Assembly: GCA_013697905.1 (NCBI GenBank)
Contig: JACCVZ010000137.1
Span: forward strand, 1-51,318
Length of the DNA: 51,318 nucleotides
Reading direction: 5' to 3'
Origin: Nocardioidaceae bacterium
Lineage (GTDB): Bacteria; Actinomycetota; Actinomycetes; Propionibacteriales; Nocardioidaceae
Part shown: positions 36,917 to 46,854 of the stretch, piece after piece
Layout of the letters: the number at the start of each line of letters is the position of its first letter
Numbering within the stretch: the stretch's first letter is position 1
Made by a program: the position numbers and the translations under genes
Notes under the pieces: generated by a model
The model's input: the letters and a program-made list of their open reading frames with translations, nothing else
Told to the model about the DNA's origin: nothing
The model's database searches: none

Positions 36917-38046
36917 GCCACGACGCGCCCCGGTTGCCGGTGCGCGCCGAGCTCGCCGGAGCACGCCCCTACGGGGCGCCGCAGCTCGACGTCGACGTCC
37001 AGCTCAACGTCAACGAGAACCCCTATCCGCCGAGCGCGGAGATCGTCGACGCGATGGCGGCGGCCGTCCGTGACGTCGCCGGGACGCTGAACCGGTATCC
37101 GGACCGGGAAGCGACGGCGCTGCGGCACGACCTGGCTGACTACCTCGGCCACGGGCTGACCGCAGACCAGGTATGGGCGGCCAACGGGTCGAACGAGGTG
37201 ATGGTGCAGGTGCTCCAGGCGTTCGGAGGTCCTGGTCGCACGGTGCTCACGTTCGGACCGACCTACTCGATGTATCCGGAGTACGCCCGCGACACTTCGA
37301 CGCGATACGTTGCGCTGCCTCGAGCCGAGGACTTCACGATTGACTCCGACACCGCCGCCACGACGATCGTCCGTGAGCGGCCGCACGTCGTCGTTCTTGC
37401 CTCACCCAACAACCCCACCGGGACCGCCCTGCCTCTCGACACCATCAAGCGCATCTGCGATGCCACTTGCGCCGCGGAGGCGGTGGTCGTCGTGGATGAG
37501 GCATACGCAGAGTTCCGGCGCGCCGGCACGCCGTCGGCCTTGAGCCTGCTCGGTGACTACCCGCACCTAGCGGTGTCGCGCACCATGTCGAAGGCGTTTG
37601 CCTTCGCGGGAGGCCGGTTAGGATATCTGGCCTCCAGCCGGGAGTTCGTTGACGCCCTGCGCATCGTCCGGCTGCCCTACCACCTATCCAGCGTGACGCA
37701 GGCGGTCGCACGGGTGGCTCTGGCCCACCGTGACACGACGCTGGACCAGGTAGACGAACTGCGCCGTGAACGCGACGCCACGGCCGACTGGCTGCGCGAG
37801 CAGGGTTTGAGGGTTGCCGACAGCGACGCGAACTTCGTGCTGTTCGGGATGTTCGCCGACCGGCACCGCCTCTGGCAAGGGTTGGTCGACGCAGGCGTGC
37901 TGATCCGCGAGACCGGGCCTGAGGGATGGCTGCGGGTGTCGATCGGCACCGGGGACGAGATGATGGAGTTCAGGCGAGCACTCCGCGAAGCGCTCCAGGC
38001 GGCCACCATGCTGCACGAGGCACCGATGGTTCAGGAGGCAAGGTGA
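36913..38046 (+). CDS. hisC: Histidinol-phosphate aminotransferase
   Basis: ATGA overlap with hisD. NENPYPP, and the PLP-lysine region [17 protein letters not shown]. Confidence 0.95.
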   Translation: MSHDAPRLPVRAELAGARPYGAPQLDVDVQLNVNENPYPPSAEIVDAMAAAVRDVAGTLNRYPDREATALRHDLADYLGHGLTADQVWAANGSNEVMVQVLQAFGGPGRTVLTFGPTYSMYPEYARDTSTRYVALPRAEDFTIDSDTAATTIVRERPHVVVLASPNNPTGTALPLDTIKRICDATCAAEAVVVVDEAYAEFRRAGTPSALSLLGDYPHLAVSRTMSKAFAFAGGRLGYLASSREFVDALRIVRLPYHLSSVTQAVARVALAHRDTTLDQVDELRRERDATADWLREQGLRVADSDANFVLFGMFADRHRLWQGLVDAGVLIRETGPEGWLRVSIGTGDEMMEFRRALREALQAATMLHEAPMVQEAR

Positions 38047-38648
38047 TGTCACGGACAGCCAGGATCGAGCGCGCCACCAAGGAGTCCAAGGTGCTGGTAG
38101 AGGTCGACCTCGACGGCAGTGGCCGCCTCGACGTCCACACCGGTGTGCCGTTCTACGACCACATGCTGGCAGCGCTCTCGCGCCACTCGTTGGTCGACCT
38201 CACCGTGCAGGCTGACGGTGACGTCGACGTCGACGCCCACCACACGGTCGAGGACGTCGCGATCGCGTTAGGCGACGCCCTGAAGCAGGCACTCGGCGAC
38301 AAGGCAGGCATCCGTCGGTTCGGTGACGCGCTCGTCCCGCTCGACGAGGCGCTCGTCCAGTGCGCGGTAGACGTCTCCGGCCGCCCGTACTGCTCCCACG
38401 TCGGTGAACCTGTGGGTCAGGTCTACGCCACGATCGGTAGCCCGGCATACACGGGGGCACTGACGCGGCACGTGTTCGAGACGCTGGCGGCACACGCGTC
38501 GATCGCACTGCACATCCGCGTCCTCGACGGCCGCGACCCCCACCACCTGGTGGAGGCACAGTTCAAGGCGGTCGCCCGGGCTCTGCGAGACGCGGTCACC
38601 CTCGACCCGCGCGAGACCTCCGTCCCGAGCACGAAGGGACGTCTGTGA
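38046..38648 (+). CDS. hisB: Imidazoleglycerol-phosphate dehydratase
   Basis: [14 protein letters not shown] and [12 protein letters not shown] metal-binding motifs. Start-stop overlap TGATG with hisC. I trimmed the tracked ORF from 37926. Confidence 0.95.
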   Translation: MSRTARIERATKESKVLVEVDLDGSGRLDVHTGVPFYDHMLAALSRHSLVDLTVQADGDVDVDAHHTVEDVAIALGDALKQALGDKAGIRRFGDALVPLDEALVQCAVDVSGRPYCSHVGEPVGQVYATIGSPAYTGALTRHVFETLAAHASIALHIRVLDGRDPHHLVEAQFKAVARALRDAVTLDPRETSVPSTKGRL

Positions 38649-39277
38649 CCGCGCATGTGGTGCTGTTCGACTACGGGTCGGGCAACCTGCGGTCGGCCGA
38701 GCGTGCGCTCACGCGGGCGGGCGTCGATGTCGCTGTCACGTCGGACTACGCCGCTGCGCTGGACGCCGACGGCCTCGTCGTACCCGGCGTCGGTGCGTTC
38801 GCCGCCTGCATGCACGGGCTGCGCTCGTGTCGGGGACCGGAGGTCGTCGGTCGCCGGCTCGCAGGCGGCCGCCCGGTCCTCGGGATCTGCGTGGGGCACC
38901 AGGTGCTCTTCGACACAGGGGTGGAGCACGGCATCCAGACGGATGGTTGCGCCGAGTGGCCGGGCACGGTGGAGCGGCTCGACGCCTCCGTACTCCCGCA
39001 CATCGGCTGGAACACGGTGGACGTGCCCGACTGCTCGCAGATGTTTGCAGGCGTCGAGTCCGAGCGGTTTTATTTCGTGCACTCCTACGCGGTGCGCCGC
39101 TGGGAGCTTGTCACCAATGGACGTATCCGGACACCGCTCGTCTCATGGACGACGCACGAGTCGGACCCGTTCGTCGCGGCCGTCGAGAACGGGCCGTTGT
39201 GGGCCACGCAGTTCCATCCAGAAAAGTCTGGGGATCCGGGAGCCAAACTGTTGCGGAACTGGGTCCAACAGTTATGA
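38645..39277 (+). CDS. hisH: Imidazole glycerol phosphate synthase, glutaminase subunit HisH
   Basis: GTGA overlap with hisB. Catalytic GICVGHQ and QFHPEKS motifs. Confidence 0.95.
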   Translation: MTAHVVLFDYGSGNLRSAERALTRAGVDVAVTSDYAAALDADGLVVPGVGAFAACMHGLRSCRGPEVVGRRLAGGRPVLGICVGHQVLFDTGVEHGIQTDGCAEWPGTVERLDASVLPHIGWNTVDVPDCSQMFAGVESERFYFVHSYAVRRWELVTNGRIRTPLVSWTTHESDPFVAAVENGPLWATQFHPEKSGDPGAKLLRNWVQQL

Positions 39278-39774
39278 AGACTGCCGCTCGATTGACGATC
39301 GCCTTGGTGGCGCTCCTGGCCCTGGCTGGGTGCGCGGAGCAGGACAACGGGGGTACCACGGGTCGGTCCGGCACCGGACCGACAAGCCCGGGGGCCGACG
39401 GGGAGTCGTCGCAGGACCCGCAGCCGCGTGGAACCTCAACGCCGACTCCGGGGGAGTCCGGGGGCAAGGAGGCGACGTCGGTCACCGTCCGCGTCACCGG
39501 CGGTCTCCGCGGCGTCGACGGGCGCCTGGTGTATGCCGGGGGAGCTCCGCCACCGCCCGGGCACACAAAGGCCGACGTCGCCGCAGTGCTGAAGGCGGCC
39601 TCGGCTCCCGAGCTGATCTCAGCCCAGCTGGCCAAGGTACCGGCAGAGACCTGCTGCGACCGGCAGAGCTACGCCGTCACCGTCCAGTACGACAACGGCA
39701 GCCAGCGCACCTACACCTCCCTTGACGGTGTGGAACAACCGACGGTCTTCGAGAAGTTCCTGGGGATGCTCTAG
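39274..39774 (+). CDS. Small secreted lipoprotein of unknown function embedded in the his operon
   Basis: ATGA overlap with the hisH stop. [20 protein letters not shown] has a signal peptide plus an L-A-G-C lipobox. A Gly/Ser/Thr/Pro linker follows, then a domain of about 100 aa containing a CC pair. This is the 3' third of tracked ORF 38827..39774. Confidence 0.7.
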   Translation: MKTAARLTIALVALLALAGCAEQDNGGTTGRSGTGPTSPGADGESSQDPQPRGTSTPTPGESGGKEATSVTVRVTGGLRGVDGRLVYAGGAPPPPGHTKADVAAVLKAASAPELISAQLAKVPAETCCDRQSYAVTVQYDNGSQRTYTSLDGVEQPTVFEKFLGML

Positions 39775-39805
39775 TGCGGCTCGGCCGGTCCCGACCGGAT
39801 GTGCG

Positions 39806-40141
39806 GTGAGCAAGGAACGCGCACGCCGACGCGGCGCCCGGGAGGCGGAGTCCGCCCGCAAGGCTGAGGAACGTACCCGTCAGCAGGCTGCGGCGACGCG
39901 GCGGCAGGCGCGTCGAACCCAACTGGCCAAGGTGCTGCCCTCTCGACGACAGTCGGGTGGTGCGGGGCTGCTCGCTGCCAAACGGCGACGCACAGCGGGC
40001 CTCGTGTTGTTCGCGTTCTTCGTCGTCCAGTTCCTGACCTGGGTGTCGACGCCCGACTGGGGTCTGCGCGGTGCCGTCCTGCTCGTCAGCGTCTTCGCGT
40101 TTCCGCTGCTGCTGGCCGTGATCTCCTCACCATCTCGATGA
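39806..40141 (+). CDS. Small membrane protein with an Arg-rich N-terminus and two TM helices, unknown function
   Basis: From GTG 39806: [37 protein letters not shown]...[15 protein letters not shown]...[17 protein letters not shown]. High GC3. Its stop overlaps an ATG (40138) in the priA frame. Start uncertain. Confidence 0.5.
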   Translation: MSKERARRRGAREAESARKAEERTRQQAAATRRQARRTQLAKVLPSRRQSGGAGLLAAKRRRTAGLVLFAFFVVQFLTWVSTPDWGLRGAVLLVSVFAFPLLLAVISSPSR

Positions 40142-40215
40142 GCTCGCGAGCCTCAGCGAGAGAGCTGAGCCTGCTGCAGGCGACCAACGCGTCAGCTGTC
40201 TCTACGCTTGCCGTC

Positions 40216-40968
40216 ATGACCGCCGCCCTGCAGCTGTTGCCTGCCGTCGATGTGTCCGCCGGGAGGGCCGTCCAGCTGGTTCAGGGTGTCGCCGGGAGCG
40301 AGCGTGCCTTCGGTGAGCCGGTGGAGGCGGCGCTGCGCTGGCAGTCCGCCGGCGCGACCTGGGTGCACCTGGTCGACCTGGATGCCGCGTTCGGCCGCGG
40401 CCACAACCGTGACCTGCTCGCCGAGGTCGTCGGCGCCCTCCACATCGACGTAGAGATGTCCGGGGGTATCCGAGACGACTCGAGCCTCAAGTCGGCGCTG
40501 GCGACTGGCTGCCGCCGGGTCAACATTGGCACGGCGGCGCTGGAAGATGCCGCCTGGTGCAGCCGCGTCATCGGCGAGTACGGGGACCGGGTGGCGATCG
40601 GCCTCGATGTGCGCGGCACCACGCTCGCCGCCCGCGGTTGGACGCGTGACGGCGGCCAGCTCTACGACATCCTCGCCCGGCTCGAGGCCGACGGCTGCGC
40701 CCGCTACGTGGTGACCGACGTGAACCGCGACGGCATGCTGCGTGGCCCGAACCTCGCGCTGCTGGCTGACGTGTGCAGCCGCACCCGTGCCCCTGTGGTG
40801 GCCTCGGGTGGGATCTCCACCATCGACGACCTGGTAGCGATCGCCAGCATGGTCGACGTCGGTGTCGAGGGAGCGATCGTCGGCACCGCGCTCTACACGG
40901 ACGCGTTCACGCTCGAGGACGCGCTGGCCGCTGTCGCCGCAGCGCGCAACGCTGGGACGGATCGATGA
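40216..40968 (+). CDS. priA: Phosphoribosyl isomerase A (HisA/PriA, probably bifunctional HisA/TrpF as in other Actinobacteria)
   Basis: [24 protein letters not shown]... is the normal HisA/PriA N-terminus. The tracked ORF begins at 40138, which would add 26 aa. Confidence 0.9.
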   Translation: MTAALQLLPAVDVSAGRAVQLVQGVAGSERAFGEPVEAALRWQSAGATWVHLVDLDAAFGRGHNRDLLAEVVGALHIDVEMSGGIRDDSSLKSALATGCRRVNIGTAALEDAAWCSRVIGEYGDRVAIGLDVRGTTLAARGWTRDGGQLYDILARLEADGCARYVVTDVNRDGMLRGPNLALLADVCSRTRAPVVASGGISTIDDLVAIASMVDVGVEGAIVGTALYTDAFTLEDALAAVAAARNAGTDR

Positions 40969-41726
40969 CGGTCGCCATCCGCGTCATCGCCTGTCTCGAC
41001 GTCGATGACGGACGGGTGGTCAAGGGGGTCAACTTCGAGGGCCTGCGCGATGTGGGCGACCCGGTCGAGCTGGCCAGACGCTACGACGCCGAAGGTGCAG
41101 ACGAACTCACCTTCCTGGACATCACCGCGTCGAGGGACCGGCGTGACACCGTCCTCGAGGTCGTCCGGAGCACCGCCGAGCAGGTGTTCATCCCCCTCAC
41201 CGTCGGCGGCGGTGTCCGCAGCGTCGCTGATGTCGACACGCTGCTACGGGCAGGTGCCGACAAGGTCGCCGTCAATACCGCCGCCATCGAGCGGCCCGAG
41301 CTCATCGCCGAGATCGCGAACCGCTTCGGGAGCCAGGTCCTGGTGCTGAGCGTGGACGCACGCCGTGCGCACGGGCCACGCTCGGGCTTCGAGGTCACGA
41401 CCCACGGCGGCCGCGCCCGCACGGGCATCGACGCCGTTGACTGGGCCCGGCAGGGCGTCGAGCACGGCGTCGGTGAGATCCTCCTGAACGGCATGGACGC
41501 TGACGGAACCCAGCTCGGGTTTGACATCGCGCTGATCGAGGCTGTGCGACAAGAGGTCACGGTCCCCGTCATCGCCAGCGGCGGGGCAGGCGAGGCCGCG
41601 CACTTCCCCGCAGCCGTCGTCGCCGGCGCCGACGCCGTCCTTGCCGCCAGCGTCTTCCATTTCGGCACAGTGTCGATCAGTGAGGTGAAGGGGCGACTGG
41701 CCGAGGCGGGCTGGCCGGTGCGCTGA
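40965..41726 (+). CDS. hisF: Imidazole glycerol phosphate synthase, cyclase subunit HisF
   Basis: ATGA overlap with pri[28 protein letters not shown].... I trimmed the tracked ORF from 40773. Confidence 0.95.
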   Translation: MTVAIRVIACLDVDDGRVVKGVNFEGLRDVGDPVELARRYDAEGADELTFLDITASRDRRDTVLEVVRSTAEQVFIPLTVGGGVRSVADVDTLLRAGADKVAVNTAAIERPELIAEIANRFGSQVLVLSVDARRAHGPRSGFEVTTHGGRARTGIDAVDWARQGVEHGVGEILLNGMDADGTQLGFDIALIEAVRQEVTVPVIASGGAGEAAHFPAAVVAGADAVLAASVFHFGTVSISEVKGRLAEAGWPVR

Positions 41727-41945
41727 CGACGGTCAGAAGCCGAGTCGTTGGCGGCGGATCTCTTCCACGGCGGATCCCCGCCCTGTGAGCTCGACCGACA
41801 CGACTTCGCCCCGGCCCTAGGTGAACAGCACCGGCTCGCTCGACAACTGGTGCACGACAGGGTGCGGATGTTTGGGCGCCGTCGACGACGGCTGGTGGGG
41901 GTCGTCGGAGCGACGGTGCGAGACAATGACACCGTGCCCGAACCC

Positions 41946-42293
41946 ATGTCGCGCAGACTCGACTCCAACACCCTCGACAGCGTGCGCTACGACGACCGCG
42001 GGCTCGTGCCCGTCGTCGTCCAAGAGGCCACCACTCGTCAGGTGCTGATGCTCGCCTGGATGGACGCCGAGGCTCTGCAGTGCACGCTCAAGACGCGCCG
42101 GGCGACGTACTGGAGCCGCAGCCGACAGACGCAGTGGGTCAAGGGCGAGACGTCGGGGCATGCCCAAGCTGTGCAGGAGCTGCGGCTCGACTGCGACGGC
42201 GACACCGTCCTGCTCGTCGTCGACCAGACCGGTCCCGCGTGCCACACCGGCGCGACGACCTGCTTCGACGAAGGTCTGAACACGTTGAGCTGA
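41946..42293 (+). CDS. hisI: Phosphoribosyl-AMP cyclohydrolase HisI
   Basis: [18 protein letters not shown] and [22 protein letters not shown] motifs. 115 aa from ATG 41946. The tracked ORF starts at 41748. Confidence 0.9.
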   Translation: MSRRLDSNTLDSVRYDDRGLVPVVVQEATTRQVLMLAWMDAEALQCTLKTRRATYWSRSRQTQWVKGETSGHAQAVQELRLDCDGDTVLLVVDQTGPACHTGATTCFDEGLNTLS

Positions 42294-42297
42294 AGAT

Positions 42298-42447
42298 TTG
42301 TCGGCGTTGTCGCCGTCGGCGGCCGAAGGCGCCGACTGGTGGCACGCGTACGTCCCGCCGCGGCTGACCCTCGAAGAGGCGGGCCGTCGCATCGACACCG
42401 GACCCGGCAGGGCAACTCCCGCACCGGCGGCGACAATGGACGCGTGA
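42298..42447 (+). CDS. Speculative 49-codon small ORF with tandem Trp codons (candidate trp leader or coupling ORF, or a gene remnant)
   Basis: TTG 42298 to TGA 42445-42447: (L/M)SALSPSAAEGADWWHAYVPPRLTLEEAGRRIDTGPGRATPAPAATMDA. About 85% G/C at third positions against about 65% in the overlapping tracked frame. TGG TGG at 42337-42342. The stop overlaps the GTG start (42444) of the next gene as GTGA. Only TTG starts are available and the RBS is weak. Confidence 0.25.
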   Translation: MSALSPSAAEGADWWHAYVPPRLTLEEAGRRIDTGPGRATPAPAATMDA

Positions 42448-43046
42448 GCTTGCTTGGCCGCCGGATCCCCTACGCACCGACGCTTGTCGTCGGGCTTGTA
42501 GCAGCAACGGCGGTCACTGTGGCTGTGTCGCGCCCGTGGATGGAGGCGTCCGTCCGCCAACGTGGCGTCCCCACGATCGAGGCTAGCGTCACCGGCGCCG
42601 AGCTGGTCCCACTTGCAGGGGCGCTCGGTGTCGTCGTCCTCGCCGCCTTGGGTGCCGTGGTCGCGACGCGTGGTCTCGTCAGGCGGGCGCTGGGCGTGCT
42701 CGTCGTCGTCGCGTCGGCGGTCATCGTGGTGGCCGCGATCAGTCCGCACTCCGCGGGCTCGCAGCTCGAGGCCAGCCTCTCCGCGAGGGGATGGGCCGGG
42801 GGCTCCTACCGGACATCTGACGAGGCCTGGCGGTGGATCACGCTTGCAGCAGCCGTACTGAGTCTCATCGCCGGAGCGGCCGTGGCCGCGTACGGTCACC
42901 GCTGGGCGTCCATGGGTGCCCGCTACGACGCCCCGACGGCTGTCGACGATGCCAGCCGTTCGGCGAGCCGACAACCGGACGAGTTGTCGGAGGCGGACGT
43001 CTGGCGCGAGATCGACCATGGCCGCGACCCGACGCAGGCGCCGTGA
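42444..43046 (+). CDS. Trp-operon-associated membrane protein (TIGR02234-like)
   Basis: About 200 aa with 4 TM helices and an acidic C-terminal tail (SEADVWREIDHGRDPT). Its position immediately upstream of trpC is typical of this actinobacterial family. The family assignment is from memory of synteny and topology. Start set at GTG 42444. Confidence 0.6.
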   Translation: MSLLGRRIPYAPTLVVGLVAATAVTVAVSRPWMEASVRQRGVPTIEASVTGAELVPLAGALGVVVLAALGAVVATRGLVRRALGVLVVVASAVIVVAAISPHSAGSQLEASLSARGWAGGSYRTSDEAWRWITLAAAVLSLIAGAAVAAYGHRWASMGARYDAPTAVDDASRSASRQPDELSEADVWREIDHGRDPTQAP

Positions 43047-43089
43047 CTTCGGCACGTCACAATGGGGACCGACGAGAGGAGCCCACCGG

Positions 43090-43278
43090 ATGGCCGCCAC
43101 CCACGGATCCACGCCTGCAGCCTGGACGGCTGTCGTGATCTGTCTGCTGGGCTTTTGTGTCGGTGCGGTCGGGCTCGTGATCGGAAGCTGGCCGACGTTC
43201 TGGGTCGGGGTGGGGCTGCTGCTGGTGTCCGGCATCGTCGGGAAGGTCATGCAGGCGATGGGCCTGGGTGGGCGGTAG
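43090..43278 (+). CDS. HGxxPAAW-family small membrane protein (62 aa)
   Basis: [62 protein letters not shown] has the HGxxPAAW signature and two TM helices. GAGGAG lies 9 nt upstream. This is the 3' end of tracked ORF 42916..43278. Confidence 0.6.
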   Translation: MAATHGSTPAAWTAVVICLLGFCVGAVGLVIGSWPTFWVGVGLLLVSGIVGKVMQAMGLGGR

Positions 43279-43280
43279 TG

Positions 43281-44087
43281 ATGTCTGTGCTCGACGAGAT
43301 CATGACCGGCGTCCGCCAGGATCTCGCGGTGCGGCAAGCCGCGGTCAGCATCGACGAGGTGAAGCAGGCTGCTGCTCGACGTGACCCGGCCATCGACCCG
43401 ATGCCGCGGTTTCGCGGTGAGGGTGTGTCGGTCATCGCCGAGGTGAAGCGGGCCAGTCCCAGCAGGGGCGCACTCGCCGTTATCGCCGACCCGGCGGCGC
43501 TGGCGGCGGAGTACGCAGCCGGCGGGGCTGCGACGATCAGCGTCCTCACCGAGCAGCGCCGTTTCGGAGGCACGCTCGACGACCTGCGGGCTGTCCGCGC
43601 TGCGGTCGACATCCCGGTGTTGCGCAAGGACTTCATCGCCACCAGCTACCAACTCTGGGAGGCGCGTGCCGCCGGCGCTGACCTTGCGCTGCTGATCGTG
43701 GCCGCTCTCGACGACAACGAGCTCGGCTGCCTGGTCGATCGCGCCAGGTCGATCGGCCTCACTCCGCTCGTCGAAGTCCACGACGAGCCGGAGGTCATCC
43801 GGGCACTCAGCGCCGGAGCAGACCTGATCGGTGTCAACGCCCGCAACCTCAAGACGCTGGAGGTCGACCGCGGCGCGTTCGCGCGACTGGCCCCGCTGCT
43901 GCCCGACAACGTCGTGCGGGTAGCGGAGTCCGGTGTCCGGGGGCCTCACGACGTCCTCGAGTACGCCCAGGTCGGAGCGGACGTCGTCCTGGTCGGCGAG
44001 TCCCTCGTGACCGGCAAGGATCCGCGGACTGCAGTGGCCGACCTGGTCGCTGCCGGAGCGCATCCGGCCCTCAGACAAAGGCACTGA
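43281..44087 (+). CDS. trpC: Indole-3-glycerol phosphate synthase
   Basis: [19 protein letters not shown] and LVEVHDEPE motifs. I trimmed the tracked ORF from 43062 to ATG 43281. Confidence 0.93.
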   Translation: MSVLDEIMTGVRQDLAVRQAAVSIDEVKQAAARRDPAIDPMPRFRGEGVSVIAEVKRASPSRGALAVIADPAALAAEYAAGGAATISVLTEQRRFGGTLDDLRAVRAAVDIPVLRKDFIATSYQLWEARAAGADLALLIVAALDDNELGCLVDRARSIGLTPLVEVHDEPEVIRALSAGADLIGVNARNLKTLEVDRGAFARLAPLLPDNVVRVAESGVRGPHDVLEYAQVGADVVLVGESLVTGKDPRTAVADLVAAGAHPALRQRH

Positions 44088-44092
44088 CCGCC

Positions 44093-45346
44093 ATGAGCTC
44101 CCAGCCAGACGAGCACGGCCACTTCGGTCGATTCGGTGGCCGCTTCATGCCTGAGGCGCTGATCGCCCCTCTCGACGAGCTCGAGCAGGCCTGGCGCGAA
44201 GCGATGGCCGACGAGGGGTTCACCACTGAGCTCCAGCGTCTGCTGCGCGAGTACGCCGGCGTGCCGAGTCTGCTGTACGACGCCACCCGGTTCAGCGAGG
44301 TCGTCGGCGCCCGGGTGCTGCTCAAGCGCGAGGACCTGAACCACACAGGGGCGCACAAGATCCGCAACGTGCTCGGTCAGGCGCTGCTGACCGAGCGGAT
44401 GGGCAAGAAGCGGGTGATCGCCGAGACCGGGGCCGGTCAGCACGGCGTCGCCGCCGCCACCGCCGCGGCGTACCTGGGGCTCGAGTGCCGCGTCTACATG
44501 GGCGAGGTCGACACCGAGCGGCAAGCGCTCAACGTGGCCCGGATGAAGATGCTCGGCGCGGAGGTCATGACGGTCACGACCGGCAGCCGGACGCTCAAGG
44601 ACGCCATCAACGAGGCGATCCGCGAGTGGGTTGCGACCGTCGACCACACCGCCTACCTGTTCGGCACCGCCGCCGGTCCGCACCCGTTCCCCGCCATGGT
44701 CCGAGACTTCACCAGAGGCATCGGCGACGAGACGCGCGCTCAGTCACTGGCGCTGCTCGGCCGGCTCCCCGACGCCGCACTCGCCTGCGTCGGTGGCGGC
44801 TCCAACGCCATCGGCATGTTCACCGCGTTCATCGATGATCCGGGCGTGCGGCTCTACGGGTTCGAACCCGGCGGTGAAGGGTTCGAGACCGGCAGGCACG
44901 CCGCCACGATCACGGCGGGGCAGATCGGCGTGCTGCACGGCACTCGGTCCTACCTGCTTCAAGACGACGACGGGCAGACGGTCGAGTCGCACTCGATCTC
45001 CGCGGGGCTCGACTATCCGGGTGTCGGGCCGGAGCACGCCTGGCTGGCCGAGACCGGTCGTGCGACGTACCGTCCGATCACCGACGCGCAGGCGATGGAC
45101 GCCATGCTCATGTTGGCGAAGACCGAGGGGATCATTCCCGCGATCGAGAGTGCCCACGCCCTCGCTGGTGCCTACGACGTCGCTCACGAGCTGGGCGACC
45201 AAGCCACCCTCGCGATCTGCCTGTCCGGCCGGGGGGACAAAGACATGGTGACCGCTGGGACCTGGTTCAACCTCCTCGACGTCGAGGATGTGCTCCACGA
45301 CGTCGTCGACGATGCGGTCGACGACAGCGTCGGGGACGGGCCGTGA
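44093..45346 (+). CDS. trpB: Tryptophan synthase beta chain (with a short acidic C-terminal extension)
   Basis: PLP-lysine motif HTGAHKIRN, plus GGGSNAIG and [11 protein letters not shown]. Confidence 0.97.
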   Translation: MSSQPDEHGHFGRFGGRFMPEALIAPLDELEQAWREAMADEGFTTELQRLLREYAGVPSLLYDATRFSEVVGARVLLKREDLNHTGAHKIRNVLGQALLTERMGKKRVIAETGAGQHGVAAATAAAYLGLECRVYMGEVDTERQALNVARMKMLGAEVMTVTTGSRTLKDAINEAIREWVATVDHTAYLFGTAAGPHPFPAMVRDFTRGIGDETRAQSLALLGRLPDAALACVGGGSNAIGMFTAFIDDPGVRLYGFEPGGEGFETGRHAATITAGQIGVLHGTRSYLLQDDDGQTVESHSISAGLDYPGVGPEHAWLAETGRATYRPITDAQAMDAMLMLAKTEGIIPAIESAHALAGAYDVAHELGDQATLAICLSGRGDKDMVTAGTWFNLLDVEDVLHDVVDDAVDDSVGDGP

Positions 45347-46143
45347 CGGGAGGTGTCTCGCCGACGTTGGCGCAGACGAGGAGCGAGGGGCGCGCCGCCC
45401 TCATCGGCTACCTCCCGGCGGGGTTCCCGAGCGTCGACGTCTCGATCGACCTGGTCCGAGCCATGGTCAAGGGTGGGGTCGACGTGGTCGAAGTGGGGCT
45501 GCCCTACTCCGACCCGGTGATGGACGGACCGACCATCCAGGCGGCTGCCGACATGGCGCTCGCCGCGGGCACCCGCATCGACGACGTCTTCCGAGTTGTG
45601 GAGGCATCCGCGGAGCACGTGCCAACCCTGGTGATGACCTACTGGAACCCGGTCGAGCGGTACGGCGTCGAGCGATTCGCCTCCGCGCTCGGCGCTGCTG
45701 GCGGAGCCGGTCTGATCACACCCGACCTGGTCCCCGACGAGGCACAGGAGTGGATCGCGGTCGCCGACGCCCATCGCCTCGACAAGGTCTTCTTGGTGGC
45801 GCCGTCCTCCACGCGGGCTCGGCTGGAGATGACGACCGCCCACTGCCGGGGCTTCGTCTACGCCACCGCCGTGATGGGTGTCACCGGCGCCCGCGAGCAG
45901 ACGAGCAGCGTGGCGCCCCAGCTCGTCGCCAGGACCCGCGAGGTGACCGACCTGCCCATCGGCGTTGGGTTGGGGGTGTCCAACGGACGGCAGGCCGCAG
46001 TCGTCGCGCAGTACGCCGACGCCGTCATCGTCGGCAGCGCCTTGGTGCGCGCTGCGTTCGACGCTCCCGAGCCAGCCAGTGCGGTCGCCGCCGTCACCGA
46101 CCTGACCCATGACCTGGCGCGCGGTGTGCACGGGGAACTTTGA
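45343..46143 (+). CDS. trpA: Tryptophan synthase alpha chain
   Basis: GTGA overlap with trpB. YLPAGFP and [18 protein letters not shown] motifs. Confidence 0.95.
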   Translation: MTGGVSPTLAQTRSEGRAALIGYLPAGFPSVDVSIDLVRAMVKGGVDVVEVGLPYSDPVMDGPTIQAAADMALAAGTRIDDVFRVVEASAEHVPTLVMTYWNPVERYGVERFASALGAAGGAGLITPDLVPDEAQEWIAVADAHRLDKVFLVAPSSTRARLEMTTAHCRGFVYATAVMGVTGAREQTSSVAPQLVARTREVTDLPIGVGLGVSNGRQAAVVAQYADAVIVGSALVRAAFDAPEPASAVAAVTDLTHDLARGVHGEL

Positions 46144-46169
46144 GCCCCGTGGTTCGGTTGTACACACCG

Positions 46170-46820
46170 ATGACGCCCTGCTTTAGTGCCAGCGCCGTGC
46201 TGGCTCTCGCTGCGCTGTGCCTGACGGCCTGCGGAGGCGGCGATCCCCGACAGCCGCAACCGGACAACCCTGGAGGCGTGCTCATCTCCGACGTCGAGGA
46301 CGGCCGGTACAGAGGCGCGGAACCCGCGGCGCCGTACGACATGCCCGACGTCACGCTCACCGCCACCAACGGTCGCGACTTCAACCTCGTCTCCGACACG
46401 GCTTACCCGGTGACCCTCGTCTTCTACGGCTACACACACTGTCCCGACGTCTGCCCGCTCGTGATGAGCGACGTCGCGTCGGCTCTGTCGCACCTGCCCG
46501 ATGAGGTCCGGGGCGACACGCAGATGGTCTTCATCACCACAGACCCCGCGCGCGACACGCCGGAGGTGCTGCGCGATTACCTCGACCGCTTCGACGGCGA
46601 GTTCGTGGGGTTGACCGGCGACCTCGCCCTGATCGTACGAGCGGCCGACGACATGGGCGTTGCGATCGAGGGCAAGAAGAAGCTGCCGAGCGGTGGGTAC
46701 GACGTCGGCCATGGCGCACAGGTGATTGCCTTTAGGGGCGACCGGGCGCCGGTGCTGTGGACCGAGGGAACCTCGGTCGGCGACATGGTCGACGACATCA
46801 CGGCGTTGGCCGGGTCGTGA
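46170..46820 (+). CDS. SCO1/SenC-family copper-chaperone/thiol-disulfide lipoprotein
   Basis: Signal peptide plus lipobox (ALAALCLTAC). CxxxC motif in YGYTHCPDVCP, and a conserved downstream His (DVGHGAQVIAF). I trimmed the tracked ORF (TTG 46140) to ATG 46170. Confidence 0.85.
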   Translation: MTPCFSASAVLALAALCLTACGGGDPRQPQPDNPGGVLISDVEDGRYRGAEPAAPYDMPDVTLTATNGRDFNLVSDTAYPVTLVFYGYTHCPDVCPLVMSDVASALSHLPDEVRGDTQMVFITTDPARDTPEVLRDYLDRFDGEFVGLTGDLALIVRAADDMGVAIEGKKKLPSGGYDVGHGAQVIAFRGDRAPVLWTEGTSVGDMVDDITALAGS

Positions 46821-46854
46821 GCCGGCCGGTGACGCCAGGTAGGTTGCAGGCGCC

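Noticed and set aside
41733-41819. Minus-strand stop-to-stop fragment [27 protein letters not shown] in the hisF-hisI gap, which looks vaguely like a protein C-terminus
   Set aside because: It is only 27 codons bounded by stops, with only internal GTG codons as possible starts and no RBS. That is too short to support a gene call; it is mentioned only as a possible remnant.
41817-44084. 755-aa ORF on the minus strand spanning hisI to trpC
   Set aside because: This is a shadow ORF typical of 70% GC DNA. The translation is Arg/Pro/Gly-rich and motif-free, and it lies antisense to five well-supported plus-strand genes.
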